Assembly: GCF_004010195.1 (NCBI RefSeq)
Contig: NC_057719.1
Location: 62,196,796 to 62,260,795 of the forward strand
From: Chiloscyllium plagiosum
Taxonomy: Eukaryota
Direction: 5' to 3'
DNA: 64,000 bases
In this document: positions 62,164 to 64,000 of the stretch, piece by piece
Position numbering within the stretch: the stretch's first letter is position 1
Layout of the letters: each line of letters opens with the position of its first letter
Notes under the pieces: generated by a model
Seen by the model: the letters and a program-made list of their open reading frames with translations, nothing else
The model's database searches: none
Told to the model about the DNA's origin: nothing
Translations under genes and position numbers: made by a program

Positions 62164-64000
62164 TGTTGTCCTGTAACTATCAATCTGGGACAATGTAAAT
62201 CTGTATATTAAGGACTTCCATCTCACTCATGAGGCTTCAGGCCAATCCATGTCCAACAATCTGCTTTGAAGAATCTGCACACTTACCTATAGATGTGACA
62301 AATTTCCTGACAGCAGCTGAGACAATCCACAACAAGCAACAGTGCGCAAAATGCAACAGCACATGACATTTTTAAAAACAGATGGTTAATTTACCTCCTC
62401 TCCCAATGTTTTAAAAACTTTTACATAGTTCCCAAGATTTGATCCACATTTTTAGCAATGAACAATCTTATACGTACTTATTCCATATAATGAACTGAGT
62501 TTTGTTGAAATCTGTTGATTAGTTTTTGAGATACATTATCAAAACTTACACAGTTAGACCAGCAAATGAGAGAGAAAACATCTGTTATTAAAGCAAAACC
62601 ACAAAGTCATCTGTTCAAGCCACATCTGTGGTGGCACGTTACTTGTATATGGAAGTCGAAAGTCGAATCTGTTCATAACCTTGATGTCATATTTAGATGA
62701 AGATGGGCCTCCAGCCTCATATGTACCAACACTAAAACTAGTTCCACTTCTGTATCATCACTTAACTTTGCCCCCATCTTAGCTTATCTGGTGAAGCATT
62801 CACCCCTAACTTTGGTTCCCTGTAGATTTGACTATTCCAACAGATTCTTGCTTTACACCTAACATTCTACCCTCTGTCCATTTTGAGGTAATCCAACAGT
62901 CTGCCTCTGCCTTAAATTGCAGCATGTCCCATTTCTTCTTCATCCCATAGCTCAGTTGCATTGACTCTTGTTCAAGTAATGTCTTAAAGATCTTAACCTT
63001 GATTTAAATCTCACTTTGGCCTTACCCCTTCTCCCTTTTTTGGTCGTCATCTCCAACTCTACAAATATAGACATCTGTGCCCTCTAATTCTGGTGTCTTG
63101 TACAATATCAATTATTATCATTCCACCATTGGTGGCTTTGCTCAAAGCTCTAGAATTTGCTCCCTATATGTTTCTGCCTCTCTACCTTATTTTTCTCCTT
63201 TTTGAGACCTTCTTTGAAACCTCCCTCTTTGATCATGCCCTTAGCTATCTGACCTAACACCACCATTTATGGTTCAGGGTCATGCTTTGCTTTATAATGC
63301 TTATGGTAAGAATCTTGGGATTTTGTGTTGTGTATCACAACACAGTGTGTCAACAACATGACAGGATGCTGAATATGAAAATACACCAGCATGAAGTGAT
63401 CACCGGTGTGGCTGTTGTCCTGAGTCAGAGATAACAATGTTGGTTGTACAATGAGATGACTGACCAATGGCCACATTCCCAAAGGCATGCCCGCTGCTGA
63501 TCTTGCTATTGGCATGAAACAAGTTGCCCACTTCTGCAATAGAACAATGTCGAGACATGATAACTTCTCAACGTTTGTCCCAGTCAAGCTCATTGAAGGT
63601 CATTGTTGCTCACCAGTACTTGACAGAAGAAGAAATAACTCATCAAATGGCATAAAGTGCAGGCTACCACAATGAAAAATCATTCGGCAGCTTCAGGTCC
63701 ATACTGTTCATCTATACCATTTGCAGAAGGGACTACCTATCATGAATCTTTTTTGTTAAATAGCCACAACAATGGCCAAGCCCTTAGTGACCTACACGTG
63801 GCAATCTGTCACCTCCCAAGTTATTGTATGTTCAATAATGTTTTAAAGCACTTTTTTCCAAATCCAAATATATTCCATCTATTGGTTCTCCTTTAAACAT
63901 CTTGCTTGTGACATCTTCAAAGAATTTAAGACATTTGTCAGACACAATTTCCCTTCATGAAGCGATGCTGATCATGCTTGATTTTATAAAGTATTTTGAA

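Overview
This is eukaryotic, repeat-dense, apparently non-coding (intronic or intergenic) DNA. The repeat inventory points to a cartilaginous fish, probably a shark; this is inferred from HE1-type V-SINEs, HER1/CR1 LINEs and SacSINE1/Deu-like SINEs. I recognise no host protein-coding gene, RNA gene or CRISPR array. The long ORFs are decayed retroelement ORFs or their antisense shadows. Contents: a truncated Tx1-clade LINE (262-1945), six younger CR1 LINE copies plus older CR1/L2/RTE debris, seven HE1-like SINEs, several Deu-domain-like SINEs and about 20 fragments of at least three Penelope-like element (PLE) families. The most interesting signal is in the PLE fragments. All three families carry a minimal hammerhead-ribozyme-like motif (CTGANGA - helix II - GAAA - palindromic 4-mer), with helix II sequences that differ between families but still pair. 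Seven copies are head-to-head palindromic insertions (six of about 180-225 bp, one of 483 bp) flanked by 10-16 bp target-site duplications (TSDs). Each has one complete and one truncated arm, and several fold back just upstream of the ribozyme core. PLE hammerheads and inverted pLTRs are known; the regular minimal architecture and the breakpoint clustering are what merit testing. Boundaries were read by eye and are approximate (about 10-20 bp) unless a TSD is quoted.
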